Shown here in pieces: positions 1 through 13,900 of a stretch of 64,000 nt of DNA (positions are counted from its first letter, which is position 1; the number at the start of each line of letters is the position of its first letter). The notes below the pieces were generated by a model. The model saw nothing but the letters and a program-made list of their open reading frames with translations, was not told where the DNA came from and ran no database searches. The stretch spans positions 172,546,001 to 172,610,000 of the forward strand of contig OZ024741.1 of NCBI GenBank assembly GCA_964016885.1, written 5' to 3'. A program made the position numbers and the translations under genes. Source of the DNA: Eledone cirrhosa. Its lineage: Eukaryota.

Positions 1-489
1 ATTGCATGGTTTGTCGTACCTTTTATTCTAAGGTTGAATTGCTATTTTTAGAAGATCATATATTTCCAGTAATTTCACTGATTGTTCTTAACAACGATGT
101 AGTTAATCACAAGTCAACCCAATTAAGTCAACCACACATATACACACGATACATATATACTTTTTTTCCGTTCAGTCGGGCTTATCTGCCTCGTTATTAT
201 TAAACTATTATATTTAGTCAAATTTACAGCCAAAGTCTTCTAATTCAATTTTCGAATTCCGCTCGCCGTTTTTCTAAACACATTTGCTTTCTATATTTAT
301 ATATCCCAAACAAGGGAACTTTATTATCTATATTTCTGATTATATATGTATATACATTCCTGGTGATTTCATAGGAATGAAACTGTTCTAGTCTTGTAGG
401 AGTCATTTCTATATAAAATTTTAAAATGCATATACTCTACCAATGTACTGATTAACTTTTCAACTGTCATTACCCCAACACATTTTGGG

Positions 490-525
<36 letters not shown>

Positions 526-809
526 ATGTCCATAGAATCATTTGATAATATATATACACCATTTCCTCTCCCAATTAGCATAATTTACCACACTAAAAAA
601 AAAAATTAGACCAGGCTATAAGATTAAAAGGCACCTATGAAGAAATAGTAGATAAATAAATGACAGCCATCTCTTCGCGACCAACCGCCATAGAATATTT
701 ACACAACATTTCAACAGCACGTAACAGCACGTAGAAATCGATTAAATATACCGTCAACCATACACAATTAGGTATAAAATTAAAGTTAGAAGAAAAAATG
801 CAGAATTAC

Positions 810-889
810 GTTTCTACCCTATGGTTTCGTTCGCTTTCTGAAATATCCTATTAAGGATACAATCTAGAGTTTCGAACTCATCAGGAAAC
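810..889 (-). ncRNA. Type I hammerhead ribozyme (family A)
   Basis: Minus strand reads GTTTC-CTGATGA-GTTCG...CGAAC-GAAA-CC atag GG-TA-GAAAC, giving stems I, II, III and an intact core. Confidence 0.85.
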
Positions 890-976
890 AAACTCATTTG
901 GACAAAGGATTTTCTTAAGTGATATCCGCCAGAAACGAATTCAAAATGGCTAAGAACTGTGACATGGCAGTGGTCA

Positions 977-1050
<74 letters not shown>

Positions 1051-1184
1051 TATATTTATTTATTTATTTAGGTTGGTTGAGGGCGACCGACTAAAGTAGA
1101 AGATGCTAGATGGTCGGTCGTCCTCTTGTCTATGATTTTCAGCCCCATGGATTTTATCTGTTATATTCCTTTGTTATATTTCGA

Positions 1185-1242
1185 ATACCTGATGATATCA
1201 CCGGATTCATACGGAACCCGGTCATTGAAATGATCATAGTAT
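1185..1242 (+). ncRNA. Minimal type I hammerhead ribozyme (family B)
   Basis: ATAC-CTGATGA-tatcACCGGattc...gaacCCGGTcatt-GAAA-TGATCA-TA-GTAT. Stem III is palindromic and the base of stem II is imperfect. Confidence 0.7.
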
Positions 1243-1296
1243 AATAAACCTTTCAAGGATTTAGACAAGTCCAGCCTCCTATTATTTTATTATAAT

Positions 1297-2246
<950 letters not shown>

Positions 2247-2290
2247 TAACAGATTAAAGTTTAAGCAAAGAATCGCTGCTTTCACCCTTA

Positions 2291-5267
2291 ACGAAAATTT
2301 GATGGTGTGTTTGTTAAATATTTTACTATAGATATGTGAGGGAGGGAAGCATTTATTTAAGGCACTAAAAAATAATTTAGGAATATTGTTATTAATAGAG
2401 ATGGAGAAAGGAGCATTATACCAGATTATGTTTTTGTATCTAGGTCTTTTATTAAAATTATTGGAATGGTCATGATTAATTATTCTACTGTAAGTTTTTC
2501 TAGAATTTGTTTCTTTACTATATTTGATTTTATATGGATAGCCGGCTTTAGAAAGTGCGTTATTATAGTAATTGGCGTTAGCATCAAAGATGTTTTTATT
2601 AGAAGATATGTTAGATATTCTTTTTCCAATATTACTAACTATAGCATTCTTGATATTGGTAGGATGGTTAGATTTAAAGTTAACATAATTTAGGTTCTCA
2701 TTGTTTTTATGGTAAGGGTAATATAGGCCAGTGTCAAGATTAAGAGATACATCCAAGAAATTGGCTAGTTTGATACTATTATCAAATTCAATTTTTAGGT
2801 TATGTTGGTTAAAGAGATTACGTATATTGTGCTTTTAATGCGGCAGTTGCAATATAGTTAACCTTAATATTATTAAGAACAATATACGTAATCTCTTTAA
2901 CCAACATAACCTAAAAATTGAATTTGATAATAGTATCAAACTAGCTAATTTCTTGGATGTATCTCTTAATCATGACACTGGCCTATATTACCCTTACCAT
3001 AAAAACAATGAGAACCTAAATTATGTTAACTTTAAATCTAACCATCCTACCAATATCAAGAATGCTATAGTTAGTAATATTGGAAAAAGAATATCTAACA
3101 TATCTTCTAATAAAAACATCTTTGATGCTAACGCCAATTACTATAATAACGCACTTTCTAAAGCCGGCTATCCAGATAAAATCAAATATAGTAAAGAAAC
3201 AAATTCTAGAAAAACTTACAGTAGAATAATTAATCATGACCATTCCAATAATTTTAATAAAAGACCTAGATACAAAAACATAATCTGGTATAATGCTCCT
3301 TTCTCCATCTCTATTAATAACAATATTCCTAAATTATTGTTAGTGCCTTAAATAAATGCTTCCCTCTCTCACATATCTATAGTAAAATATTTAACAAACA
3401 CACCATCAAATTTTCGTATTCTACATCCTCCAATATTTCCAACATCATCTCTAAACACAACAATAAAATACTAAATACTAAATCTCTTCCTTCCAATATT
3501 GAATTTCATAATAACAGTAATAGTACTCCCGACGTCATTGTAAACCCTAGGCTAACTTCTGTAAACCCAAATACAACGTCAAACACAACTTCGCTAAATG
3601 TTCATAATCCAACTCTAAATCAAGAAACTATTATTCCTATTATTCCTATCGCAAACAACTTCTCCAATCCAATTCCTTCTATAGATAACACTAGGTCACT
3701 CATTAATAATCTCTCTAATTGCAACTGCCGCATTAAAAATAAATGTCCTCTCAACAACCATTGTCTCGATAAAAACTTAATTTATGAATGTAAAATTATA
3801 ACTAGCACCAATTCCTTCACCTATTTTGGCTCCACTTTCACCTCTTTTAAAGCTCGTCTCTATAATCATCATTCATCTTTCAAATACAAACTTAAAAGAA
3901 CCAACACTGCTCTCTCAGAACTCATATGGTCCTTAAAAGACAAAAACATTAAATATACCATCTTTTGGAAGAAGGTTTCTTCTGCATCCTCATACTTGAA
4001 CAGCTCTCTATCTAAAATCTGTAATCTCTGCCTAAATGAAAAATTTACCATTATCTCTAACCTAGATTCTATAATAAATAGACGTACAGATTTGTTTTCT
4101 ATCTGCCTGCATAAATTCCATAGGACTTTTCACAAAGTATACAGTTCATATTCAATTCTTTATCAATTTAGAATCTTTTCTCAAAGGCACATATACATAC
4201 ACCTCTTTAAAATATACCCATCTAATTTAAAGGGCATTATACACTCTATAATACTTGTTTACTCATTACCCTCATTCTATCTTCACCCTGTAAAATCCTT
4301 CATAACATATACATTCGTTTTCTTGACGTTAGAATATTCATCCGCAATCATTATTATTTTTTCTCTCTATCATAAATCTTTTTAATCTCAATTTCATCCT
4401 TAATTTATTATTTTTTTCTCCCCATCAACGAACTCATTCTTAATACATATTAACTCTTTATTCGCATATATTATCAATTCCTTCAATATACAAACTTTAA
4501 CTTCACATTATTTTTCTCAAATCCTTCTACACACAAACCTTAATAATTTTTCTCTTCGTTAATTTTGAAATTGCCACAATACTTATCAACATACCCTTTT
4601 TTGACGTTAGAATATTCATCCACAATTATTATTTTTTCTCTCTATCTTCATACATAAATTCCCTTCGTTAATTTTCAAATTCCTTTAATTTATACATTAC
4701 CTTCCAACGGTTCTCAACCTCTCTATATAAAACAATATATCTTTTTCTCAGTTATAAAAACTATCTCTTTCTCTCTATCACCCATCTCTCCCTCTCCACC
4801 TTCACTCTCATCTCCTCCCCTTTTTTCATCCTTTCCACCACCCCCTCCCTAAATAAAATATCTTTTCCTCGCACATATCCTCCCTTCGTTAATTTTCAAA
4901 AATTGTTTTAATTTATACATTATCTTCCAACGGTTTTCAACCTCTCTATGTAAAACAATATATCTCCTCTCAGTTATAAAAACTATCTCTTTCTCTCTAT
5001 CACCCATCTCTCCCTCTCATCTCCTCCCCTTTTTCATCCTTCCCCCCCCCCTCTCTAAATAAAATATTTTTTTCAATATCACACATCAATCTAAAACCAC
5101 TTTTCATATGTTGATTTAAAACTGCACTATCCACAAGTGTTTTTTAGCCTTCATATCATGTTCTCCTGTTTTATCTGATGAAAACACAAATATTATTGCA
5201 TGATGATGTTTGTTTTTGAAATGCGCATAATAAAATACATGGAACTCCTTTAACCATCTTTTGATCT

Positions 5268-5275
<8 letters not shown>
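2291..5275 (+). mobile_element. 5'-truncated Hydra-like Penelope element with an inverted internal segment (2291-2830)
   Basis: 2848-5275 aligns with the RT C-terminus, GIY-YIG and pLTR of the copy at 18587-22328. 2291-2830 is the reverse complement of about 2877-3417. Frameshift near 3340. Confidence 0.9.
5169..5235 (+). ncRNA. Minimal hammerhead in the Hydra-like pLTR (family D)
   Basis: TTTTAT-CTGATGA-stem II-GAAA-TGCGCA-TA-ATAAAA; palindromic stem III typical of PLE minimal HHRs. Confidence 0.85.
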
Positions 5276-5327
<52 letters not shown>

Positions 5328-5516
5328 ACTAGAAATTGATTAACATATAAATAAAATGCTCGGACCTACTCCTTAGAATCTTAGAGCTTATTTTACGGGT
5401 GATATCGCGCATGTCTTTCTGGCATGACACCCATAATTTTGAATTAGATTAAATTCGTTTGATTTATCTTAATTTTGTATATATATATATATATATATAT
5501 AAATATATATATATAT

Positions 5517-5988
5517 AAACGGAAAAAATGAAACGAAATTTCATTTCCCACTCTTAGTACGGCTGTTACTTAAATATAAGTATGTACACGTACATACATA
5601 TATGTATACAGACGTACAGTAGTATGTATATATATATACATACATGCACACATATATATATATGTACGTATGGATTCACCGAACATTTATTATAATGTTC
5701 GATGTGTTTGTAAACAAACATCCCGTATTAAGTCGTAGTGTCTAGCAACCATCGTTGCTCGTTTGTTCAACACTGTCAAAGGAACGGTGTACTAGTTTCA
5801 AGCTTATTAGCTATCGTCAGCAACGTATACCATCCTGCCAGATTGTTGAACGTATATACTTACCTTATGCATATTAACAGCTGCGAAGCCTAATTTGCAT
5901 ATCGAGTGGGTTAATCGGCCGGGTGCACCTAAAACGACAAACGGAAAAAATGAAAAAACTGTACGTCTGTATACATATATGTATGTAC

Positions 5989-5995
<7 letters not shown>
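5517..5995 (-). mobile_element. Retrozyme-like non-coding repeat family E (about 1.05 units plus a short inverted piece at 5959-5995)
   Basis: Homologous to 32270-32802 and 36357-37063. HHR at 5785-5825 (minus). TA-flanked. Confidence 0.8.
5785..5825 (-). ncRNA. Minimal hammerhead (family E)
   Basis: Minus strand CGTTG-CTGACGA-TAGCT aata AGCTT-GAAA-CTAG-TA-CACCG. Confidence 0.8.
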
Positions 5996-6061
<66 letters not shown>

Positions 6062-6084
6062 ATATATACACACACATATGCTCT

Positions 6085-6312
6085 TTTACTCTTTTACATG
6101 TACCAGCCATCTGGCTGAAGCCATGCTGAGGCACAGCCCTTGTTGCTACACATTCTATCTCCAGCCTGTGTTGGCTGGCCATTGGTGTAAGAGGCAGATC
6201 GTTGCTGCTGCCTTTATGTTACATTCGTACCTTGCTGTGAGGCTCATCTGGGATCTTGGATAGCAGGGTGTCAAGATGTTTCTTGAAACCGTCCAGGTTT
6301 ACACCAGATATA
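6085..6312 (-). mobile_element. CR1/Zenon-like LINE 3' fragment
   Basis: Minus translation ISGVNLDGFKKHLDTLLSKIPDEP resembles the FK..LD.FL..IPDEP C-terminus of CR1-Zenon ORF2. Confidence 0.6.
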
Positions 6313-6316
6313 CATT

Positions 6317-6347
<31 letters not shown>

Positions 6348-6374
6348 GTACATACATATATATATATATATAGA

Positions 6375-6661
6375 CTAAAAGTCTAAAGTCTGTCTTAAGA
6401 CAGAAGGTTCATTTGGCTGCTGCTTATCCCGGTTTCATGGCGTAAAGCGACTGAGAGTACAAGACTATCCCCTGGATAGGACGCCAGTCCATCGCAGGGT
6501 TAAACCCCCAGCTATTGCTGGTACACATTTTCACCTGAGTATACTGGAGCAACGTGAAATGAATTGTTTTGCTCAAGAACACAACACGCAGCCCAGGGAT
6601 CGAAACCACGACATTATGATCGTAAGTCCAACACTCTTACCACTAGGCCACGAGCCTCCAC
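6375..6661 (-). mobile_element. tRNA-derived CORE-type SINE (family 2)
   Basis: Minus strand has A box TGGCCTAGTGG, B-box-like GTTTCGATCCC and CORE-like GTGTTCTTGAGCAAAAC...TTTCAC. Homologous to 9476-9748. Confidence 0.8.
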
Positions 6662-7195
<534 letters not shown>

Positions 7196-7221
7196 AGAGA
7201 AACCCACAGATACATGCGGAA

Positions 7222-7821
7222 ACATACATATACATGAATATATCCACATATAACCTTAAGTTAGTGGTACCAACCTCAACCGATGTTGCTCTATGAATAA
7301 CCGGGATAAACTAATCCGAATGGATCAGATTGATTCAGTATCAGAGCTATATAATACATTACGAAGAGAGAAGAAACATTAGATATAATTAATAATAAGA
7401 TATATCATACCCAAACTGCTTCTTTAGTCCTCGACTACGTAGTTTCGTGGCATATTATGCAAAAACACTACATCATAGAGATATAGAATTTCTGTGAGGG
7501 TTTTGAAACTCTTAATGAGGTATCCTCTTGATAAGTCGGCAGACCTCACAAAAATTCTATATCTCTGTGATGTAGTGTTTTTGCATAATATGCCACGAAA
7601 CTACGTAGTCGGGGACAAAAGAAGCAGTTTGGGTATGATACATCTAATTATTAATTATATCTAATGTTTCTTCTCTCTTCGTAATGTATTATATAGCTCT
7701 GATACTGAATCAATCTAATCCATTCGGATTAGTTTATCCCAGTTATTCATAGAGCAACATCGGTTGAGGTTGGTACCAATAACTCAAGGTTATATGTGGA
7801 TATATTCATGTATATGTATGT
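7222..7821. repeat. Fold-back inverted repeat (about 278-bp arms) containing a decayed hammerhead (family F)
   Basis: 7222-7499 is the reverse complement of 7544-7821. At 7523-7615: TCCTC-TTGATAA-GTcGGCA...TGCCAC-GAAA-CTACGTAG-TC-GGGGA. Confidence 0.85.
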
Positions 7822-8561
7822 GAAGGAAAGATAAAGTGTAGGGGGGTTAGAATTTGGAAATATTTAATTTATAATATTAATGTGAAGACTCCAGATTTCA
7901 GGATTATTTGCTATTTATTTATATTATTTATATAAATTCGATAAGTGTGTTATCATTTCTAAACTTCTGAATTGTGAGAATAACATTATAAAGGATTTAG
8001 CTGGCGCATAAAGAATGAAATATTATACTGTTGATTAATTACCTAAATCTTCACATTAATATTATGAATTAAATAATTCCAAATTCTAACCGTTTAACTT
8101 TCGAAAAAAAACCCTACACTTTATCTTTTCTTCCTTATAAATCTTTTTCCAGTGGCTGTCACAGGCTGTAATGATTCATGAGACGTTTCCCTAGCAATTT
8201 AAAATTTTAGAACACTTTAAGTATGCAGCGTTTTTTCTTACTCACACATTCTCTAATGAATTCATTACGTTTTCGCACTCTCACACAAATATTATATAGG
8301 CAAAATGTTCTATAGGGTAATCACTACCTTGATTAAATCTTAACTATTTAACATCTCAGGTATGTCATGTATCATTATATTTTGTCTGATGAGGACGTAC
8401 TGTTGTATATCCGAAATATGTATAATAAAATGTAATTGAATAAAAGAATATCTATTTTATTAATACTTATATTAATAACTCCTGAAAATTATTTTCGTTG
8501 AGTGCTTCCAATCTACTGTAAAAATCATTCTTTGACATAATCATTGAATATTGTTTAACAA

Positions 8562-8565
<4 letters not shown>
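7822..8565 (+). mobile_element. PLE-type 3' fragment with a short 5' inversion and a hammerhead
   Basis: 7822-7888 is inverted relative to 8048-8133. HHR at 8374-8436. Ends in (TA)n. Confidence 0.6.
8374..8436 (+). ncRNA. Minimal hammerhead (family G)
   Basis: ATTATATTTTGT-CTGATGA-GGA...TCC-GAAA-TATGTA-TA-ATAAAATGTAAT; 12-bp stem I with G-U pairs. Confidence 0.8.
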
Positions 8566-8644
<79 letters not shown>

Positions 8645-8797
8645 TATATACACATATATATATATACACATATATATACAGTATATATACACACGTATAT
8701 ACAGTATATATACACACCTATATATATATATATATATATATACATATATACACATATATATACATATATATATATATATACACATATATATATACAC

Positions 8798-8828
<31 letters not shown>

Positions 8829-8839
8829 CATACATACAT

Positions 8840-9405
8840 GGTGGCTGCCAACTCGTTTTCGAGTACGGCCACTACTTTATATCCATGTAGGAGAAACCCT
8901 ACCGATGCGCTGAACGAGTGTGACTTTTTAGTCCAGCCAGCGACTTGAAAACTCTGGTACAAACACTACACTTGTGACAATTATTGACACATAGTGCTGG
9001 GCCCATGGTACCATGTGACGACAAGTGCAGAGAGATCTCCAGATATAAAGCAAAGCCTGTGCCGTGAAGCTTTTATAGTGAGCAAAGGCACTGCACAAAG
9101 CCAGTCCCACTCTCTTAACGAAGATGATATTTACCAAAAAGATGAACAAGTCAACATCATTGGATACCATCAGAGTTGCAGGTGTTATATCAGAGTTTTC
9201 ATTCTCCTAGAATTCTCCCTTCACAAAGGCTAAGGAGTCATCTCTCCCAGTAATTTTTGATGGCCATTGACTCTTAAGAGCTCCTTTGCCCTTTGACAGG
9301 ATGTATCCCAGTACAACCTGTCTCATGGTCGGGTCGTTGGCGACTAAACTGGCAACCCCACCAAGGTTTCTTGGTGAGGAGGGTGACTTTGGACATCCTG
9401 CAGGA
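8840..9405 (-). mobile_element. Non-autonomous RTE-derived element with 5' inversion (9301-9405 on +)
   Basis: Homologous to 17076-17696, but the 5' part is flipped at 9300/9301. Flanked by (CATA)n. Confidence 0.75.
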
Positions 9406-9475
9406 CATACATACATACATACATACATACATACATACATACATACATACATACATACATACATACATACATACG

Positions 9476-9748
9476 TGGAGGCACGTGACCTAGTGTTGGA
9501 CGATCATAATGTCGTGGGTTCGATTCCTGAGTTGCTTGTTGTATTCTTGAGCAAAACACTTCATTTCACTTTGCTCCAGTATACTCAGGTGAAATGAGTA
9601 CCAGCAATAGCTGAGGGGGTTAACCCTGATTTAACCTGGCGTCCTGTCCATGGGGGTGGATTCTTGTACTCTCAGTCGTTTCAAGCCGCGAAACTGGGAT
9701 AAGCACCCGCCAAATGAGCCTTCTGGCTTAAGACGGACTTTAAACTTT
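9476..9748 (+). mobile_element. tRNA-derived CORE-type SINE (family 2)
   Basis: GTGACCTAGTG (A box), GGTTCGATTCC (B box), then GTATTCTTGAGCAAAACACTTCATTTCAC. Confidence 0.8.
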
Positions 9749-9995
9749 ATATATATATATACACACAGACACACATATATATATATATATACACATATAG
9801 GAACAAGTATGACCTCGACGGCAGAGCTCAAGCCGTTTCGACGGCTATTTCTGGACTTGTTCCTATTACCCACTCTACTGCCCTAAGTATTGAGTACCTT
9901 GGTTCGTTATGGTCCATCTGGTTCCTTACCACAATTACTTCGTTATACACATATATATATATATATACACACATATATATGTATATGAATCTGTG

Positions 9996-10030
<35 letters not shown>

Positions 10031-10197
10031 ATATGTTGGTGTGTGTGTGTGTGTGCGTGTATAATAATAAAAAGAACGATTTGTTTTGCGTATTGAGTAG
10101 TGACTCGCGTTTCGCTATTGATCAGATCGAACCTTGAGCTGATCAATAGCGAAACACGCGTTACTACTCAATAAACATAATGAAGACATATCAAATC

Positions 10198-10390
10198 ATG
10201 GCAGTATCGGTAGAGAGTCGGACGCCATGCTTTGACGCAAAGAGTTACGGCCCTTTACATTCTGTGTTCAAATCCAGCAGAGGTTAACTTTGCCTTTTAT
10301 CCTTACGGGGTCGATAAAATAAAGTACCAGTAATGTAATGGGTATTTGCTGGCCTTGTGCCAAAAGTAGAAACAATTATTATTATTATTA
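10198..10390 (+). mobile_element. tRNA-derived SINE (family 1)
   Basis: TGGCAGTATCGG A box, GTTCAAATCC B box, GCC.TTT.ATCCTTACGGGGTCGATAAAATAAAGTACCAGT body, (ATT)n tail. Many copies in the window. Confidence 0.85.
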
Positions 10391-10506
10391 TTACACTCTG
10401 CTTAGTTCTTCACCTTTATACTTACTGGAAATTACGCATTGAGTGCTCACACTGGTGAACCTACAGTAACTGGACGTTACATTCCCTATATATATATATA
10501 TATATA

Positions 10507-10872
10507 TACGATATTAACAAATGGAAACTATATTTATAAAACCATATTTATTTCATTATGCATATTTCAAGGACACCAAGTTAAATTATGGTGTGCTTTG
10601 ATCAGATAAAATATAATATAAAGCAGTTTTATAATTAAATATTGACATACCCTTAACGAATGCAACCATTATTGTTGGAAGCTCCCGGATGAAAGCACAC
10701 CATAATTTAACTTGGTGTCCTTGAAATATGTATAATGAAATAAATATAGTTTTATAAATATAGTTTCCATTTGTTAATATCGTATTTTTACTCCAATTAT
10801 TTGTTGAGTGCTTTATATCAGTTATAAAAATATCTGCTTGTTGTATCCCAACAATTTAAATAGAACTTTTAC
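10507..10872. mobile_element. Inverted pLTR-like pair with two mutated hammerheads (family H)
   Basis: 10507-10599 is inverted relative to 10693-10784. Cores are CTGATCA (minus) and CGGATGA (plus), with stem II AAGCACACCA/TGGTGTCCTT, then GAAA-TATG(C/T)A-TA. Related to 30814-32161. Confidence 0.7.
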
Positions 10873-10977
10873 ATATATATATATATATATACAGTTATAT
10901 ACATACATACATATATGTACATATTTGTATATGCATATATATATATATATATGTATATATATATTTATATATATATT

Positions 10978-11060
<83 letters not shown>

Positions 11061-11299
11061 AGATACGTATGCTGCAGTAATGCTGGTCCAGACCTTTCAC
11101 GAAAGTACAAAACAACAACAAAATCAAAGACACAGCCAAAAGTGAAACCACAATCCTATGCAACAGTGCAACCGCACCTTCAGTCAGAAACTGGTCTCTA
11201 AACAAAACAAAAAACTATTTTTGCCATGATGAACCTAGCAAAAAAGATACAAAAAAAAACGTCTAGCTATCACACTACACCATCCTATGATATTACCTC

Positions 11300-13900
11300 A
11301 GTGCACTAACTCCCTCTATTGCTGTCACTAACATGCAAACACAAAACAAGCTCGTTGAAACATTAAAAACCAACCACTGCTCTAACCTCCACATGTACAA
11401 TGTGTCAACCTTTCCATCAATACATAAAAATGGAAGGTCCAATTCATTGAGGATTGGGTTGGTAACCATCCACACCGCATCCTTTTCTCCGTCCTTACCA
11501 TCTCGACAACTCCCGGAACGTGTCGGCAGAAGGAAGGGTGACACTGCCATTTTCCTACGTGATTTCTTTACGGCAGATGGAAATACCTCATTCTCAAATA
11601 GCTACTGTGTATCAGTGACCGTGCACGACAAAGCCCATACTTCCCTTTAAAGAGTGCCCCAACAGCATTAACTATTTTACACAATAGTGCCATTCCGCTA
11701 ACATATTTATGATGCTGAAAAATTGCAGAACTATTCTCCATCCCCATCTATAATCTTCCTCTTGTAGTATTGATGGCTCAGAACTTCTGAGTGTTTCCAT
11801 CGAGTTCGATCTGCCAATATGCATTAGTTAAGTCAGTCATAGCGAAGAATCTTGCACAACTAAGTTTGCTGAAGATTGTTTCCATTTGTGGCAAAGGATA
11901 GGGTTCAGTGCATATCTTTTCATTCAAAGAAACTTTGTAGTCAGGACTTATACGAATTCGTCAATTTTTCTATCTAACCCAGACGACTGGAGAAGTATTG
12001 ACTACGCCACCAGGAGGGCATTTCTTGAATTTACACCTCTGGCTACCAATGCATCCAGCTCCTTTACAACATCTTCCTAGAGCGTAATAGGCACGCTTCG
12101 GGGGACACAGAATTTACGAGGTGTGTCAGAAAAGTTCCAGGACAGATGTCACAAAAGATTTATTTCAAACCCAAACTTCACACTAAGACTTTTCTCTATC
12201 AAAGTGTTTTTGAGTGGTGCAAGAGGTTTAAAGAAGGACGCGAGGACGTGGAATATGACCCCAGGAGCGGAAGGCCCTCAACAACCAGGACTGAGGTCAA
12301 CGTTGAGCGCGTCAGGCAGATGGTGCGTAATGATCGTCGGCTGACTGTACGACTGATGGCAAATGAGCTGGGCATGAATCGGGACAGCATCTGGAAGATT
12401 CTCACTGAAGATTTGGATATGCGGAAAGTCTGCGCAAAGAAGGTGCCAAAACTGCTGAACGATGACCAGAAGGGTCGACGCATGCAAGTGTGCCAGGACA
12501 TCCTCGAGCGTCTTGAAACCGAACCGAACTAGGGACAGTCATCACCGGTGATGAGTCATGGATCTTCGAGTACGACCCGGAGGGGACCCGTTTTGAAGAC
12601 GTGGACGACATCAAAAAGGCCGTGACGACGGAATTGTGGAGGATCCTGAAAGAATCCTTCCAGGAGTGCATGCAAGCGTGGCAGAAAAGGATGGAAAAGT
12701 GCATTAGACTCCAGGGGGTTACTTCCAAGGAGAAAACTCTTAGTGTGAAGGAGAAAACTCTTGGGTTTGAAATAAATCTTTTGTGACATCAGTCCTGGAA
12801 CTTTTCTGACTCACCTCGTATCAGAGGCATTAAGTATTAATTTAACAGAAGCTTTAAAGTACCAGTAATGCACTGGGTAATTGCTGGCCTTGTGCCTAAA
12901 GTAGAAACAAGTATTAATTTAACAGAAGCTTGCACTACCTGATTGTTGGAAGAAGTGATTCAACGCTGCAAGCTGTTTAAACATTCATTAAATCGTGACC
13001 TAGGAAACCATATTTTCAGCAGCATTTAATTACTTTGAAAGTATGAAGAAATTGTTGACCTCCTCACTTAACAGTAAGACAAGCATCACCAACGCATTTC
13101 ATGTAATATTCATCATATGATTCGTACGAAGTGCTGTTTTGTTATAGTCACGCCTATGTCATTTGACACTTTAGAAGAGATAATGCTGCATGGTGCACCC
13201 GTATCCTGCATCACGTAAACAATGTCAATGTAACCATTTAGGGAGACAGGTTCAAATATTGGTTTTTCAGCTATGTGACCGATAAGAATCATGATTCCAT
13301 CTTGACGAATTACCTTGTGAAGGTTCCTGGTACATAGTCGCGTTGGAATAAGCAATAACCTCCTTTTTTAATTGCTACTACAAAATTCGGATATTTGCGA
13401 AGAACGCTGTAGAAATGATTCACTAACTTCATTGGCTTGAAGAACGTTTTCTCTTTCTTCACTGCTTCTTAGACCGACAACTAACTGAGACATTATGAGA
13501 TTTCCAGTCATTGTCCTTTTAGACGTTTTCAGGCTCTCAAAATCGCAGTATTCACTGGCATGTCGATGTTTCGAAAGAAATTATGAAACTGATTCACTGG
13601 GCTGTTGGCTAGTGGAGAAAATGTTGTTCTTTCTGCCAATATCAGTTTCTTTGAATGAGTAACATTTTTGAGATTAGCGTAAGTCATCTTCGTGAAATTG
13701 TTGGGAATGTTAATATATCGGACAATCTTTAATGCTTGTATTCCGACCAAAGAAATGAATTTCATAGCCATAGGACTTTTGCCACCATCTTGTATCTTAT
13801 CCTCTACTTCGTCCACGTAAGCCTTTCCTTCAAAGGCCATGAAGCAGGTTATGACGTCTTCGATCGACTGTAAGAAATTGTCCTTGCCCTTTCCATTGTC
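11300..13900 (-). mobile_element. Decayed Ty3/Gypsy LTR retrotransposon (gag, protease and RT remnants)
   Basis: Minus translations: gag-like FISLVGIQALKIV...KKLILAERTTF (about 13600-13770); protease MQDTGAPCSII (about 13180-13215); RT ETIFSKLSCARFFAMTDLTNAYWQIELD...AINTTRG (about 11760-11885). Boundaries approximate. Confidence 0.75.
12117..12818 (+). mobile_element. Internally deleted mariner transposon
   Basis: About 56-bp TIRs (CGAGGTG.GTCAGAAAAGTTCCAGGAC...) and TA TSD. Transposase remnants W.KRFKEGRE...PRSGRPST, VCAK.VPKLL, and ITGDESWIFEYDPE joined directly to GTRFEDVDDIK. Confidence 0.95.

Noticed and set aside
9800-9863. Structured insert closed by GGAACAAGT/ACTTGTTCC
   Set aside because: It folds, but has no hammerhead or other recognisable ribozyme core, and occurs once in the window.
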